From: an uncultured Candidatus Rokubacteria bacterium
GTDB taxonomy: Bacteria; Methylomirabilota; Methylomirabilia; Rokubacteriales; CSP1-6
Assembly (NCBI GenBank): GCA_963758635.1
Contig: CAVWWD010000008.1
Location: forward strand, 352,001 to 416,000
Reading direction: 5' to 3'
DNA: 64,000 bases
Under the pieces are notes generated by a model that worked only from the letters and a program-made list of their open reading frames with translations, ran no database searches and was not told the DNA's origin. The position numbers and the translations under genes were made by a program. Below, in pieces: positions 1 through 10,544 of the stretch. The stretch's first letter is position 1. The number at the start of each line of letters is the position of its first letter.

Positions 1-20
1 GCGAGGTCAAGTACTCGCTG

Positions 21-911
21 ATGATCACGATGTTCTTCTTCGTGTTCGCCTCGGCCACCGTCCTCTATCTGCTGTGCGGAAAGTCCAAGCCGCTGGGCCC
101 CCTGCTCGCCGCCGCCATCTTCGTGGGCGTGCTCGTGAGCGCGGCCCACGAGGTCGTGATGGCGCCGATCAACGCCGTCATGCTCCCGTACATCGCCAAG
201 CAGGTACCGGGCAAGCAGCCCAACACCGTCCGTCTCGTCGAGCCCGACACCGTGCCGGGGCTCTTCCTCTACCACTTCTTCATGGCCGCGCTGCCCGAGG
301 AGATCGAGAAGATCACGCCCGCGCTCATCGGACTCTACTTCGGGCTCAAGATCCGCTCGCGCGGGCGCGGCCAGCCCCTCGAGGAGCGGTTCGCGGTGCG
401 CGAGCCCCTCGACGGCATCATGCTCGGCATCGCGGGGGCGGCGGGCTTCCACTTCGTCGAGGCCGTCATGTACGCGCAGGCGCCGCTGGCAAAGTTCGCC
501 TACCTGCAGGAGAATGCCGGCCAGCTCCTGGTGCAGCTTGCCCAGAAGCACGGCGACGCGGCGCCCGCGCTCCTCATGCAGCAGGGGCTCAACGCGGGGA
601 TCGGGGCGGCGTTCCAGGTGATCTTCCGCGGGCTCTCGAGCTCGGTGTCGCATCTGGGCTACAGCGGCATCTTCGGCTACTACGTGGGCCTCGCCGCCCT
701 CCGGCCCCAGCACAAGTGGCGGCTCCTCGCGCGCGGGCTCCTCACCGCGTGCGTGGTCCACGCCACGTGGAACGCCACCAACCAGGTGGGCGGCGGCATC
801 ATCGTGCCCCCGCTCGCCTTCGCGCTGCTCATCACCTCGATCATCAAGGCGCGGTCGATGTCGCCGGGCCGGACGACCAACTTCGCCACCATGCTCGGGC
901 GGGTTTCATGA
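21..911 (+). CDS. PrsW-family intramembrane metalloprotease (may start upstream of the window)
   Basis: Multi-TM protein with EEIEK, GFHFVE, SHLGYSG and HATWN motifs of the PrsW family. Confidence 0.85.
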   Translation: MITMFFFVFASATVLYLLCGKSKPLGPLLAAAIFVGVLVSAAHEVVMAPINAVMLPYIAKQVPGKQPNTVRLVEPDTVPGLFLYHFFMAALPEEIEKITPALIGLYFGLKIRSRGRGQPLEERFAVREPLDGIMLGIAGAAGFHFVEAVMYAQAPLAKFAYLQENAGQLLVQLAQKHGDAAPALLMQQGLNAGIGAAFQVIFRGLSSSVSHLGYSGIFGYYVGLAALRPQHKWRLLARGLLTACVVHATWNATNQVGGGIIVPPLAFALLITSIIKARSMSPGRTTNFATMLGRVS

Positions 912-1792
912 GCCCGCCGGTCGGCCTCTCCTGGGCGGCGTGCAGCGAGGTGGGCCGCCGCCGGGATCAGAACGAGGACGCCTGGGCCGGCGAGGTGGGC
1001 GGCGACACCGCGGCGCCGCGCGGGCTCTTCATCGTGTGCGACGGCATGGGCGGCCATGCCCGCGGCGAGGAGGCGAGCGCGCTCGCCGTGCGGGTCCTGC
1101 GCCAGGAGCTCGCGTGGATCCTCGACGAGCCGTGGCCGGACGACTCGACGCTCCTCAAGCGCCTGCGCGACGCCGTGCTGGCCGCCAACGCGACCTTGTT
1201 CGAGTGGAACGAGGAGGCGGCGCGCGCGGCGCGCGAGCGCGCCGGGACCACCCTGGTCGTCGTCGCGCTGTCGGGCGTGCGGGCGTGCCTGGCCCACGTC
1301 GGCGACAGCCGCATCTACCGTCTCACCGCGGCCGGGGTTGACCGCCTCACCACCGATCACAACGTCGCGAACCGCGAGATCGAGCGGGGCGAGCGGACCG
1401 AGGCGGCCTGGCAGCGCGCCGATGCCCGCCACCTCACCCAGGCCCTCGGCCCGCGCCCCACGGAGTTCCTCCGGCCCAACGTCCGCGTGCTCACCGTCGA
1501 GCAGGACGCCCTGTTCCTGCTCTGCACCGACGGCCTCAGCGACCAGGACTTCCTCGAGCGCGACGGCGTCTCGATCCTGGCCCCGCTCATCGTGGCGACG
1601 GCCGACCTGTCCGCGGGCTGCCGCGCGCTCGTCGACGCGGCCAACGACGCCAACGGCCACGACAACCTGACCGGTCTGCTCGTCCGGGTGACGGGTGCCG
1701 CCGCGGCGGCCCGCCCGCGCGTGCCCACCACGGAGCGCGTGGTGCTGCCACCGGATCCCGTACCCGACCCCGAGCGCTCGTCGGCGGCGTGA
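908..1792 (+). CDS. PP2C-family Ser/Thr protein phosphatase
   Basis: ATG at 908 overlaps the PrsW stop (ATGA); motifs RDQNED, CDGMGG, GTT, HVGDSR, CTDGL, GHDN. Confidence 0.92.
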   Translation: MSPPVGLSWAACSEVGRRRDQNEDAWAGEVGGDTAAPRGLFIVCDGMGGHARGEEASALAVRVLRQELAWILDEPWPDDSTLLKRLRDAVLAANATLFEWNEEAARAARERAGTTLVVVALSGVRACLAHVGDSRIYRLTAAGVDRLTTDHNVANREIERGERTEAAWQRADARHLTQALGPRPTEFLRPNVRVLTVEQDALFLLCTDGLSDQDFLERDGVSILAPLIVATADLSAGCRALVDAANDANGHDNLTGLLVRVTGAAAAARPRVPTTERVVLPPDPVPDPERSSAA

Positions 1793-1815
1793 GCCGTCGC
1801 GCGGGGCCCTGAGCG

Positions 1816-1974
1816 ATGCGCGTCGTGTACTCGTTCGAGGGCCGCCGCTCCATCATCAGCCCGGAGGTGCACCAGCGCGTGTGGCGGCTGGTCGAGGCCG
1901 AGTCGCTCCCCGTGGCCACCAAGCACGAGGGCACGCTGCCCGGCTACCGGATTGCTGTAGGAGCCGAGCCATAG
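1816..1974 (+). CDS. small hypothetical protein, 52 aa (MRVVYSFEGRRSIISPEVHQRVW...)
   Basis: Open frame with strong GC3 codon bias, below the ORF-track size cut-off; its stop lies in the head of a family-1 repeat. Confidence 0.5.
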   Translation: MRVVYSFEGRRSIISPEVHQRVWRLVEAESLPVATKHEGTLPGYRIAVGAEP

Positions 1975-2060
1975 GCGAGGCGACGGATATAAGAATGCCT
2001 TGGAAACGACCGGCGCCGGTGGCCGGGACTGAGATAAGGATGCAGTGGAAACGACCGTCG
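1961..2060 (+). repeat. repeat family 1, degenerate copy (head + 2 core units)
   Basis: gagccataggcgag head, then aatgccttggaaacgaccg and gatgcagtggaaacgaccg. Confidence 0.7.
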
Positions 2061-2111
2061 ACCTTAGCCGCGACCGAGTGGCAGTAGGCGACGGAGAAAA
2101 AGGAGGCGTTC

Positions 2112-2881
2112 ATGAATCCGTTCGATCTGAAGGGGAAGGTGGCGCTCGTCACCGGCGGCAACGGCGGGATCGGGCTCGGCATGGCCCGTGGCCTGGCCGC
2201 GGCGGGGGCGGGCGTGGCGGTCGTGGGCCGGAACGCCGACAAGAACCGGCAGGCCGCCGCCGATCTCGCCGGGCTCGGCGGGCCGGTGGAGGCGTTCGAG
2301 GCGGACGTGGCCAAGGAGGAGGCGGTCGAGGCGCTGGTGCCGCGCGTGCGCGAGCGGCTGGGACGGATCGACGTGCTCGTGAACAACGCCGGCATCAACA
2401 TCCGCAAGGCGCCCCAGGACTACTCGCTCGCCGAGTGGCGCGAGGTGCTCGACACCAACCTCACCAGTGCCTTCCTCCTGAGCCGCGCCTGCTACCCGGC
2501 GATGAAGGCGCAGGGCGGGGGCAAGATCATCAACATCGGCTCGATGATGTCGATCTTCGGCGCGTCGTTCGCCGGGCCCTACGCCTCGTCCAAGGGAGGG
2601 ATCGTGCAGTTCACCCGCGCCACGGCGAGCGCCTGGGCGCGCGACAACATCCAGGTGAACGCGGTGCTCCCCGGCTGGATCGACACCGACCTCACGCGCC
2701 GCGCGCGCGCCCAGGTGCCTCCGCTCCACGACGCGATCCTCGCGCGCACGCCGGCGGGGCGCTGGGGCGGGCCGGAAGACATGGCGGGCATCGCGGTGTT
2801 CCTGGCAAGCCCGGCGTCGGACTTCGTGACCGGCACCGCGATCCCGGTGCGACGGCAGGCTACTCGATCCAGGGGGTCTGA
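2112..2881 (+). CDS. short-chain dehydrogenase/reductase, KduD/gluconate 5-dehydrogenase-like (indel near 2850)
   Basis: TGGNGGIG, NNAG and YASSK motifs; RBS aggagg; natural C-terminus (GYSIQGV*) is in another frame ending 2881. Confidence 0.88.
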
Positions 2882-2906
2882 GCGGAGTACACTGCACTGT
2901 CCGGTG

Positions 2907-3683
2907 ATGAGCGTGACCTTGCGGCTCACCGTGCTGCTCGCGCTGGCGCTCGCCGGGTGCGCCTCGGTGGCGCCGCTCGAGACGGCGATCCGGCAGCCCG
3001 CCCCGCCGTCCTCGCTGCGGTTCGGCGTCGACACGTTCGCCTTCCCCAACGAGAGCCGCACCAAGAACCAGGGCAAGCCGGACCTGTACGCGAACTACTG
3101 TTTCGTGATGGCCCGCGCGGTGTCGCAGTTCCAGCGCTTCGCCCGCTTCGAGCCGGCGGCCGCGCGGCTTCCGTCCGCCGCGTACGCCGAGCGCGTGCGC
3201 CAGGTCGTGACGCGAGCGCCGTGGCGGGATCCGCTGCCCGCCGATGAGCGGGTCGCGATCCCGGGCTACGCGTCGCTCTTCGATCTGTCGAGCGATCTGG
3301 AAGGCGCGGTGAAGGACGGCCTCGTCGGCCGGCTCTGGACGCTGCTGCACTGGACCAACTGGCGGGTCGTGTTCCCCATGCCGGCCTGGGAGCAGGAGCG
3401 GGTGGCGCGCGAGATGGTGGCCGAGCTCCAGGCGGGGCGGCCGGTGCAGCTGCTGGTCACGAACTTCCCGACGCCCGAGCTGAATCACACGGTGCTGGCC
3501 TACGAGTACCGCGTGGCGCAGGATGGGGGCGTGGAATTCGTCGTGTACGACCCGAACGACCCTTACGCGCCGGGGACGATCACGTGGGAGCGGACGACGC
3601 GGCGCTTCGTGGCCTCGCGTCTGTTCGACACCGAGGTGGGAACGATCCGCGCGTTCCGCATGTACCATGGGCCCTTCCTCTAG
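2907..3683 (+). CDS. lipoprotein with putative papain-like Cys-His-Asp catalytic residues
   Basis: Signal peptide with LAGC lipobox; NYCFVMA, NHTVLAY and YDPN motifs. Confidence 0.65.
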   Translation: MSVTLRLTVLLALALAGCASVAPLETAIRQPAPPSSLRFGVDTFAFPNESRTKNQGKPDLYANYCFVMARAVSQFQRFARFEPAAARLPSAAYAERVRQVVTRAPWRDPLPADERVAIPGYASLFDLSSDLEGAVKDGLVGRLWTLLHWTNWRVVFPMPAWEQERVAREMVAELQAGRPVQLLVTNFPTPELNHTVLAYEYRVAQDGGVEFVVYDPNDPYAPGTITWERTTRRFVASRLFDTEVGTIRAFRMYHGPFL

Positions 3684-3730
3684 CACCACCGCGGGGCGCC
3701 AGGCCGGCGGCACGCTCGCGAGCGAGCGCG

Positions 3731-4644
3731 GTGACGGCGCCGTCGCGCGACCGCGCTGGTACTCCCACGGCTGGAACCGCGTGGCCTACTATCGCGCGGC
3801 GACGGCCCTGGCCGCGTCGCTGCCGCGGTCCGCCCGTCTCGGGCTGGCCCGCGCGGCGGGCCGCCGCCTCGGCGGGCGCTTCCCGGCGGAGCGCGCCGCG
3901 GTGCGCGCGAACCTCCGCCGCGTGCTGCCCGAGGCCACGCCCGCGCGCCTGGACGCCGCGGTCGGGGAGACGTTCGCGGCCTTCGCCGCCTGCTTCGCGG
4001 ACCTCCTGACGCTCAACCGCCGGCCCGCCGGCACCCTCCGGCGCTGGGTCTCGAGCGCGACGGGCGAGGACCACCTCGAGGCGGCGCTCGCCGCGGATCG
4101 TGGCGTGATCCTCCTGACCGCGCACCTCGGTAACTGGGAGCTGGGCGGCCGCCTCCTCGGCCCGCGCCTCGGGCGGGCGACCCACGTGGTGCTCTCCGCC
4201 GAGCAGGACGCGGCGCTCGAGACGTACCTCCGGACCGACACGCCCGGCCTGCACTTCGTCACGCGCCGGCACGCCACGTCGACCCTCGGCCTCCTCGCCG
4301 CGCTCCGGCGCCGCGAGGCGGTGGCGCTGCAGGGCGACCGGCCCACCGGCGAGCGGGGCGACACGCTCGTGCCCTTCTTCGGAGAGCCGGCGGCGTTCCC
4401 GCTCGGGCCGTTCGTGCTCGCGCGCGCCGCCGGCGCGCCGGTCGTGCCGGCGTTCTGCACGATGGACGCCGAGGCGCGCTACCGGATCAGCATCGAGCCG
4501 GCCATCTGGGTGCGGCGCGGCGAGGAGGCCGAGGCGCTCGCCCGCATGGTGGGGGCGCTCGAGCGCGCGGTGCGCGCGGCGCCGACGCAGTGGTTCAACT
4601 TCTTCGACGTGTGGGCGCCCGGGCCTCCGGGAGCGGAGCGATGA
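3731..4644 (+). CDS. lysophospholipid / lipid A-type acyltransferase (LpxL/PatA family); start approximate
   Basis: HLGNWE motif, GDR, PFFG and PTQWFNF C-terminal motif. Confidence 0.85.
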
Positions 4645-5836
4645 GCGCCGGCGCGCGCCCGCGGATCGTCCTGGTCGCCGCGGGCGTCGTCACGCCCATC
4701 GGCCAGGACGTGGACGCGTTCTGGTCGTCGCTCCTCACCGGCGTCGACGGGATCTCCACGATCGAGCGCTTCCCGGTCGGCGACCTTCGTGTGGGCCGCG
4801 GCGGGGAGATCAAGAAGCTGACCCGCGTGAAGGACTGGGCCGGGGTGCCGGAGTGCCGGGCCACGCGCGTGCTGATCTCCGCGGCGGACGACCTCTCCGC
4901 GCAGGCCGGGCTTCGCGCGCGTGGCATCGATCCGCGCCGGCTCGCCGTGGTGGTGGGCACCGCGCTGGGCGGCGTCGAGGAGGGCGAGCACGCCCTCGCC
5001 GGCGACCGCAGCGCGCGCCGGCTGCGCGGCGCCTTCTACGACTCGCCCGCCCACAACCTCGCCCGGTGGCTCGGCGCGCGCGGCCCCGCGATCACGGTGT
5101 CGACCGCCTGCGCCTCCGGCGCCTCGTCGCTCGGCCTGGGGGCCGACCTGCTGCGCCACGGGCAGGCTGACGCGGTGGTGGCCGGTGGCTACGACGTGCT
5201 CTGCCGGTTCGTGATGCGCGGCTTCGACGCCCTGCGCTCGCTCACCCGCGACCGCGTCCGTCCCTTCGACCGGCGGCGCTCCGGCCTCCTGCTCGGCGAG
5301 GGCGCGGGGCTCGTGCTCATGATGCGGGAGTCCGAGGCCGGGGGGCGCCGGCTCGGCACGCTCCTCGGCCACGCGAGCGTGGGCGACGGCGCCCACATCT
5401 CCGCGCCGCACCCGGAGGGCCGGGGCCTCGAGCGCGCGGTCCGGATGGCGATGGCCCAGGCCGACGCCGAGCCCGGCCCAGATCGAGCTCGTGAGCGCGC
5501 ACGGGACGGGGACCACGCTCAACGACCGCATCGAGACCGCGGTCCTCAAGCGCGTCCTGGGCGCGCGGGCGCACGACGTGCCCGTCAACTCGATCAAGTC
5601 CACGATGGGGCACACGATGGGCGCCGCGGCCACGCTCGAGGCCGTGATGTGCCTCTATGCCGGGCGCCACGGGCAGGTGCCGCCCACGCGTCACCTCGAG
5701 GAGCCCGACCCCGAGTGCGACCTCGACTACGTGCCCGGGCCAGCCCCGCGCGGCGCGCCCGCGCGTGAGCCTCAGCACCTCGCTCGGCTTCGGCGGGCAG
5801 AACGCCGCCCTCGTCCTCGAGGCGGCCCCCGCGTGA
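4641..5836 (+). CDS. beta-ketoacyl-ACP synthase (KS1, FabF-like); indels near 5470 and 5750
   Basis: TACASG (catalytic Cys), HGTGT, KSTMGH and GFGGQN across three frames. Confidence 0.88.
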
Positions 5837-6637
5837 TCGCCGCGCCGGTGGTGCGAGGCCTCGGGCTCCTCTCCGGCTGGGGCCGCGGGCGCCGCGGCGA
5901 TTCCCGGCGATGCCGTCGTGGCGGCCGCGGGGCGGCGCACGGTCGGCCTCGGACGCGTCTCGGGCCCCCGCTACACGGGCGACCGGTACCGGCGCACCAC
6001 CCGCGAGTGCCTCTGGGCCCTTGCGTCGGTCGAGGCCATGCTGGAAGATGTGGGCGCCGCGCGCGAGACGCTCGCCGGAGACGGCACCGCGCTCGTGTTC
6101 GTCAGCGCGGCGGTGTACGCGGCGTCGAATCGCGCGTTCATCGAAGGCGGAGGCGGCAGCACGCACTTCGCGTACACGGCTCCCGCCGTGGTGCCGGCCG
6201 AGGTCGCGATCGAGTTCGGGCTGACCGGGCCCTCGGCGATCTTCATCGGCGGTCCGCCGGCCACGCTCCGGGCGATCTGGCACGCGGCGACCCTCCTCGC
6301 GGAGCGGGCGTGCGATCGCGTCCTGGTGCTCGCGGTGGAGACGTTCGCCGAGTGCGAGGACCTGTACGGGGCGATCCGGCGCCGGACACCGGCGCCGTTC
6401 GTCGAGACGTCGGGGTGCCTCTGGCTCGAGCCGGGCCCGGGGCGGCTGTCGCTGGCGCCGGTGAGCGCCCCGCGCCGCGCGATGGGCGCGACGGTGCGGC
6501 GGCGGATCGGCGAGACGTTCGCGTGTGAGCCGCTGGCCGCGGTGGCCCTCTGGCGCGCGGCCGGGTGTCCGGGGCCGCTCTGCCTGGAGGGCGGCTGGCG
6601 CGGCGAGGCGGTGCGGCTCGCGTGGGAGGACGCGTGA
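5833..6637 (+). CDS. short ketosynthase-like protein lacking the catalytic Cys (chain-length-factor-like); indel near the 5' end
   Basis: GTG overlaps the KS1 stop; KS N-terminal-like sequence (FAYTAPAVVPAEVAIEFGLTGP) with GGPPAT where TACAS is expected. Confidence 0.65.
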
Positions 6638-6754
6638 GCCCACGGGTCGACGGAACACGGCGGGCTCGTGGCTCGTTGAAAGGACGGAGGAGCCGAGCGT
6701 GGTGACTGCCGACCGGCCCGACGCGGCCGGCGGGAAGGGGAGAGCCACCTGCGC

Positions 6755-7031
6755 ATGACACAGAAGGAAGTGCTCGATGAGCTGAAGGCGATCATCGTCG
6801 AGCGGCTGCGCTTCGATCCGCGGCGCGCCGCCGAGATGACGCCCGAGACCACCCTGCCCAAGGGGATCGAGGGCTCCCTCGGGCTGGACTCCCTCGACTT
6901 CATCGAGCTGTCGGTCGCGCTCGAGGAGCGCTTCGGCCTCGTCATCGACGAGGGCCAGGACCTCTCCGAGGAGTTCCAGCTCCCTGGACACCCTCTCACG
7001 CTTCGTCCTGGCCAAGAGCGGGCAGGCGTGA
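6755..7031 (+). CDS. acyl carrier protein (indel near 6977)
   Basis: LGLDSLD phosphopantetheine site; acidic ~90 aa; C-terminus SLDTLSRFVLAKSGQA* in the shifted frame. Confidence 0.9.
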
Positions 7032-7062
7032 CGGCGCCGGGACACCCGGGCCCGGGCCGAGC

Positions 7063-8265
7063 ATGACGACGATCGTCGTCACGGGCCTCGGCGTCGTGAG
7101 CCCCTACGGCGCGGGGGCCAAGACCTTCTGGGCCGGTCTCTCCTCGGGCGCATGCGCGATCCGCCCCATCACGTTGATCGACACCGAAGGGTTCCGCTCC
7201 CGTATCGCCGCCGAGGTTCCCGCCGACGTGATGGCGGGCCTGGCGTCCGCGCCGGCGCGCCCGCGCCGACCGCCTCGCGCTCGCCGCCGCCCAGGAGGCC
7301 CTGGCTGACGCCGACCTCGCCCCGCGCGACCGCGCCGCGGCCGCGCTCATCGTGGGCGCGGTCGGCGGCGGCATGCTCGAGGGCGAGGCGTGGTACTGGG
7401 AGGAGACCCGCGACCGGACGCCCGTCGCCGCGCATCAAGGCGCTGCGCTCGATCCTGCCCTTCACCCACGCCGAGACGCTCGGCGCGCGGCTCCGCCTGG
7501 GCGGGCCCAAGGAGACCGTGGTCATGGCGTGCGCGTCGGGCGGCGGCGGCCATCGCGCTGGGCGCGGACATCATCCGCGCGGGCGCGGCGCCGGCGGCGG
7601 TGGTCGGGCGGCGTGGACGCGCTCACGCGCATCTGCTTCATGGGCTTCAACGCCCTCAAGCTCCTCGATCCCGAGCCGTGCCGCCCGTTCGACCGGCAGC
7701 GGCGCGGCATGTCGATCGGCGAGGCGAGCGCGTTCCTGGTCCTGGAGGACGCCGCGCGCGTGCAGGGCCGCGGGGCGCGCATCCACGGCGAGATCGCGGG
7801 CGAGGGCATGAGCACCGACGCCTACCACGTCACCGCGCCCGATCCCGCGGGCGAGGGGATGGTCCGCGCGATGCGATCTCGCGCTCGCCGAGGCGCGGCG
7901 TCGACCCGCGCGGACGTCGGCTACGTCAACGCCCACGGGACGGGCACGCTCCAGAACGACCGCGTCGAGGCCCTCGCGCTCGCGCGGGTGTTCGGCGAGG
8001 GCGGGGTGCTCGTGAGCTCGAGCAAGTCGCTCGTGGGCCACACGATGGCCGCGGCGGGCAGCCTGGAGGCGGCGGCCACGCTCCTGGCGCCTCCAGCACG
8101 GCCTCCTGCCGCCCACCGCCAACCTCGAGGACTGTGACCCGACGATCCCCTTCGACTGCGTCCCGGAGATGGCCCGGCCGGCGGCGGTGGACTGCGCGTG
8201 ACGAACTCCTTCGGGTTCGGCGGGCAGAACGTGAGCCTCGGTCCTCCGCCGCTTCAGCCGGCGAT
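7063..8265 (+). CDS. beta-ketoacyl-ACP synthase (KS2); several indels, end approximate
   Basis: VVTGLG, MACASG, HGTGT, KSLVGH and NSFGFGGQN. Confidence 0.85.
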
Positions 8266-9439
8266 GCTCGATGCCGCCGAGCCGCGTCGCGTCGTCGTCA
8301 CCGGCCTCGGCACCGTGAACGCGCGCGGCGGCCGGCGGCGCGGCCGCCCTGGCCGCCGCGCTCCGCTCGGGCCGCTCGGCCATCGCCCCCATCCGCTCCT
8401 TCGACGTGGACGGCGCGGCCTGCCGGCTGGCCGCGGAGGTGGACGAGGCCACGCTGGCCGACCTTATCGACCCGGGACGCCGCGCGCCGCCTGTCGCGGA
8501 TCTGCCGTCTGGCCGTGGCGGCGAGCCGCCAGGCCGTCGCTGACGCGCGCCTCGACCCCGTGGCGGCAGGCCGGCTCGCGATCGTGATGGGCACGGAGCA
8601 CGGCGACTTCCGCTCCAGCGTGGAGTTCGCCGCCGGTTTCCTGCGTCGCGGCGTCGGCGGGCTCTCGCCGATGATCTTCCCGAACACCGTGATGAACTCG
8701 ATGGGAGCGGTCGCGGCCATCGCGGTGGGCGCGCGCGGGCCGACGATCACGGTCAACCAGGCCACCGTGGCCGGCGACCTGGCGGTCGCGCGCGGCGCGC
8801 GGCTCGTCGCCTCCGGGCAGGCCGATGCCGTCCTCGCCGGCGGCGTCGACGAGATCTGCGCGCCGGTGTACCGGCGGCTCGCGCGCGATGCGCGTCCTCT
8901 CGCCGATGGGCCACTCGACGCCCGAGGGCTGCCGGCCCTTCGCGCCGGATCACAACGGGCCCGTGATCGGCGAGGGCGCCACGCTGCTCGTGCTGGAGGA
9001 GCGCGAGGCCGCGCTCGCGCGGGGCGCGACCGTCCACGCCGAGGTCGCTCGCCGCCGCCTGGTCGAACGTCCCGGTGGCGCCCCACACCGCGCCGTCCAC
9101 GCGCCGCGATCCGCGCTCGCCGGTGCTGCGCGCGCTCTCCGACGCGAGCCTGCCCGCGGGCGGCGGTCGCGGCCTGCTACGCCGCGGGCAACGGCGACCC
9201 GCGGTGGACGACTGGGAGGCCCGCGCTCCTCGGCGAGGACCTGCGCGACGCTGCCGGCCTCCGGGTGCCCGAGCGCCTCCGCTCGCTCGCCCCGATATTC
9301 GGCCAGCACGGGGGCCTCGGCGCGCTCCGCGCCGGCGCGGCCGCGCTCGACGGTGGGCGCGGGCGGGGGGACCGCGCTCGTCCACGGCATCGCCCGCGGC
9401 GGGTGCCGCACGGCGATCCTGCTCGGGCGCGCGGCATGA
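8264..9439 (+). CDS. ketosynthase-like protein lacking the catalytic Cys (CLF-like); several indels
   Basis: [17 protein letters not shown] and [14 protein letters not shown] aligns to ITVSTACASG with Thr replacing Cys. Confidence 0.75.
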
Positions 9440-10544
9440 GCGACCGATCGGTCCGCCCGCGCGGTGTGTCCGACCTCCTGATCGTCATCCCCGTGTTCAA
9501 CGAGGCGGCGACGCTCGGCCCGGTGGTGGCGGCCGCGCGCCGCCACGGGCCCGTGCTCGTCGTGGACGACGGTTCCTCCGACGGGAGCGCGGAGGTGGCG
9601 GCCGAGGCCGGCGCGCGACGTGCTCCGCCTCGGGCGGCGCAGGGGCAAGGGCGAGGCACTGCGGCGCGGGTTCGCGGAGGCGCTGACCCGCGGCGCCGAG
9701 CGCGCCGTCACGCTGGACGGCGACGGGCAGCACGATCCCGACGAGATCCCCCGGCTCCTCGGCGCCGCGGCCCGGGATCCCGACGCGCTCGTGATCGGCG
9801 ATCGCCTCGCTTCGGGGCCGGATGTGATCCCGCCCGAGCGTCTCGAGGCCATGCAGGTGGCGGGCTTCTTCATCGACTGGCTCATCGGCCTGCCGCTCCG
9901 TGACACGCAGTCGGGATTCCGCGTCTACCCGGGGCGCTTGCTCGCCACGGCGCGCGCCCGCGAGGGCGGGTTCGTGTTCGAGACCGAGATGCTGCATCCG
10001 CGCCGCGGCGGTCGGCTGCGCGATCGTCTCCGTGCCCATCACCGCGCGCCACTTCCCGGGACGCCGGAGCCGCTTCCGCCCCGGACGCGACGGGACCGCG
10101 GTGGCCGCCTACCTGGTCGGGCGTGGCCTCCGCCGCTGGGGCGCCGACACGGCGATGGTGGCGTCCGCGATCGTGCGCCCGTTCGGCCGCGAGCGCATGC
10201 GCATCCGTCACGGCGAGCTGCAGCAGTTCGCCGCGCCGTACCGTGACAACGCCGGCTCCTTCATGACCGCGGTGGCGGCCTTCGCGCTGTCGCGCACCGC
10301 CGACACGTGGCGGCGCTGGTGGCGCGACCCGCGCGCGCGCGGGCTTCGCCTCGCCGCGTCGGCCACCGCGCTCGCCCCCGTGCTGCTCGGCATGGTCGTG
10401 CTCCGCCGGCCGCTCCGGGCGATCGGGCGTGACCCGGCGGCGGTCCTCATCCGCCGCGTCTACTGCCAGGAGCGGCTCGCGCAGACGCTCCGGCGCGAGC
10501 CGGCGGGCGCGGGCGCGGCCCAGGCGCTGGCCGCGACGCCATGA
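9436..10544 (+). CDS. GT2-family glycosyltransferase with C-terminal extension; indels
   Basis: [24 protein letters not shown] and DTQSGFRVY. Confidence 0.85.

Noticed and set aside
2112..3683. SDR-lipoprotein fusion (523 aa ORF)
   Set aside because: The SDR C-terminus ends at 2881 in another frame, and the second part has its own signal peptide.
6638..6754. Structured leader before the ACP gene
   Set aside because: Only short GC hairpins, not distinguishable from background.
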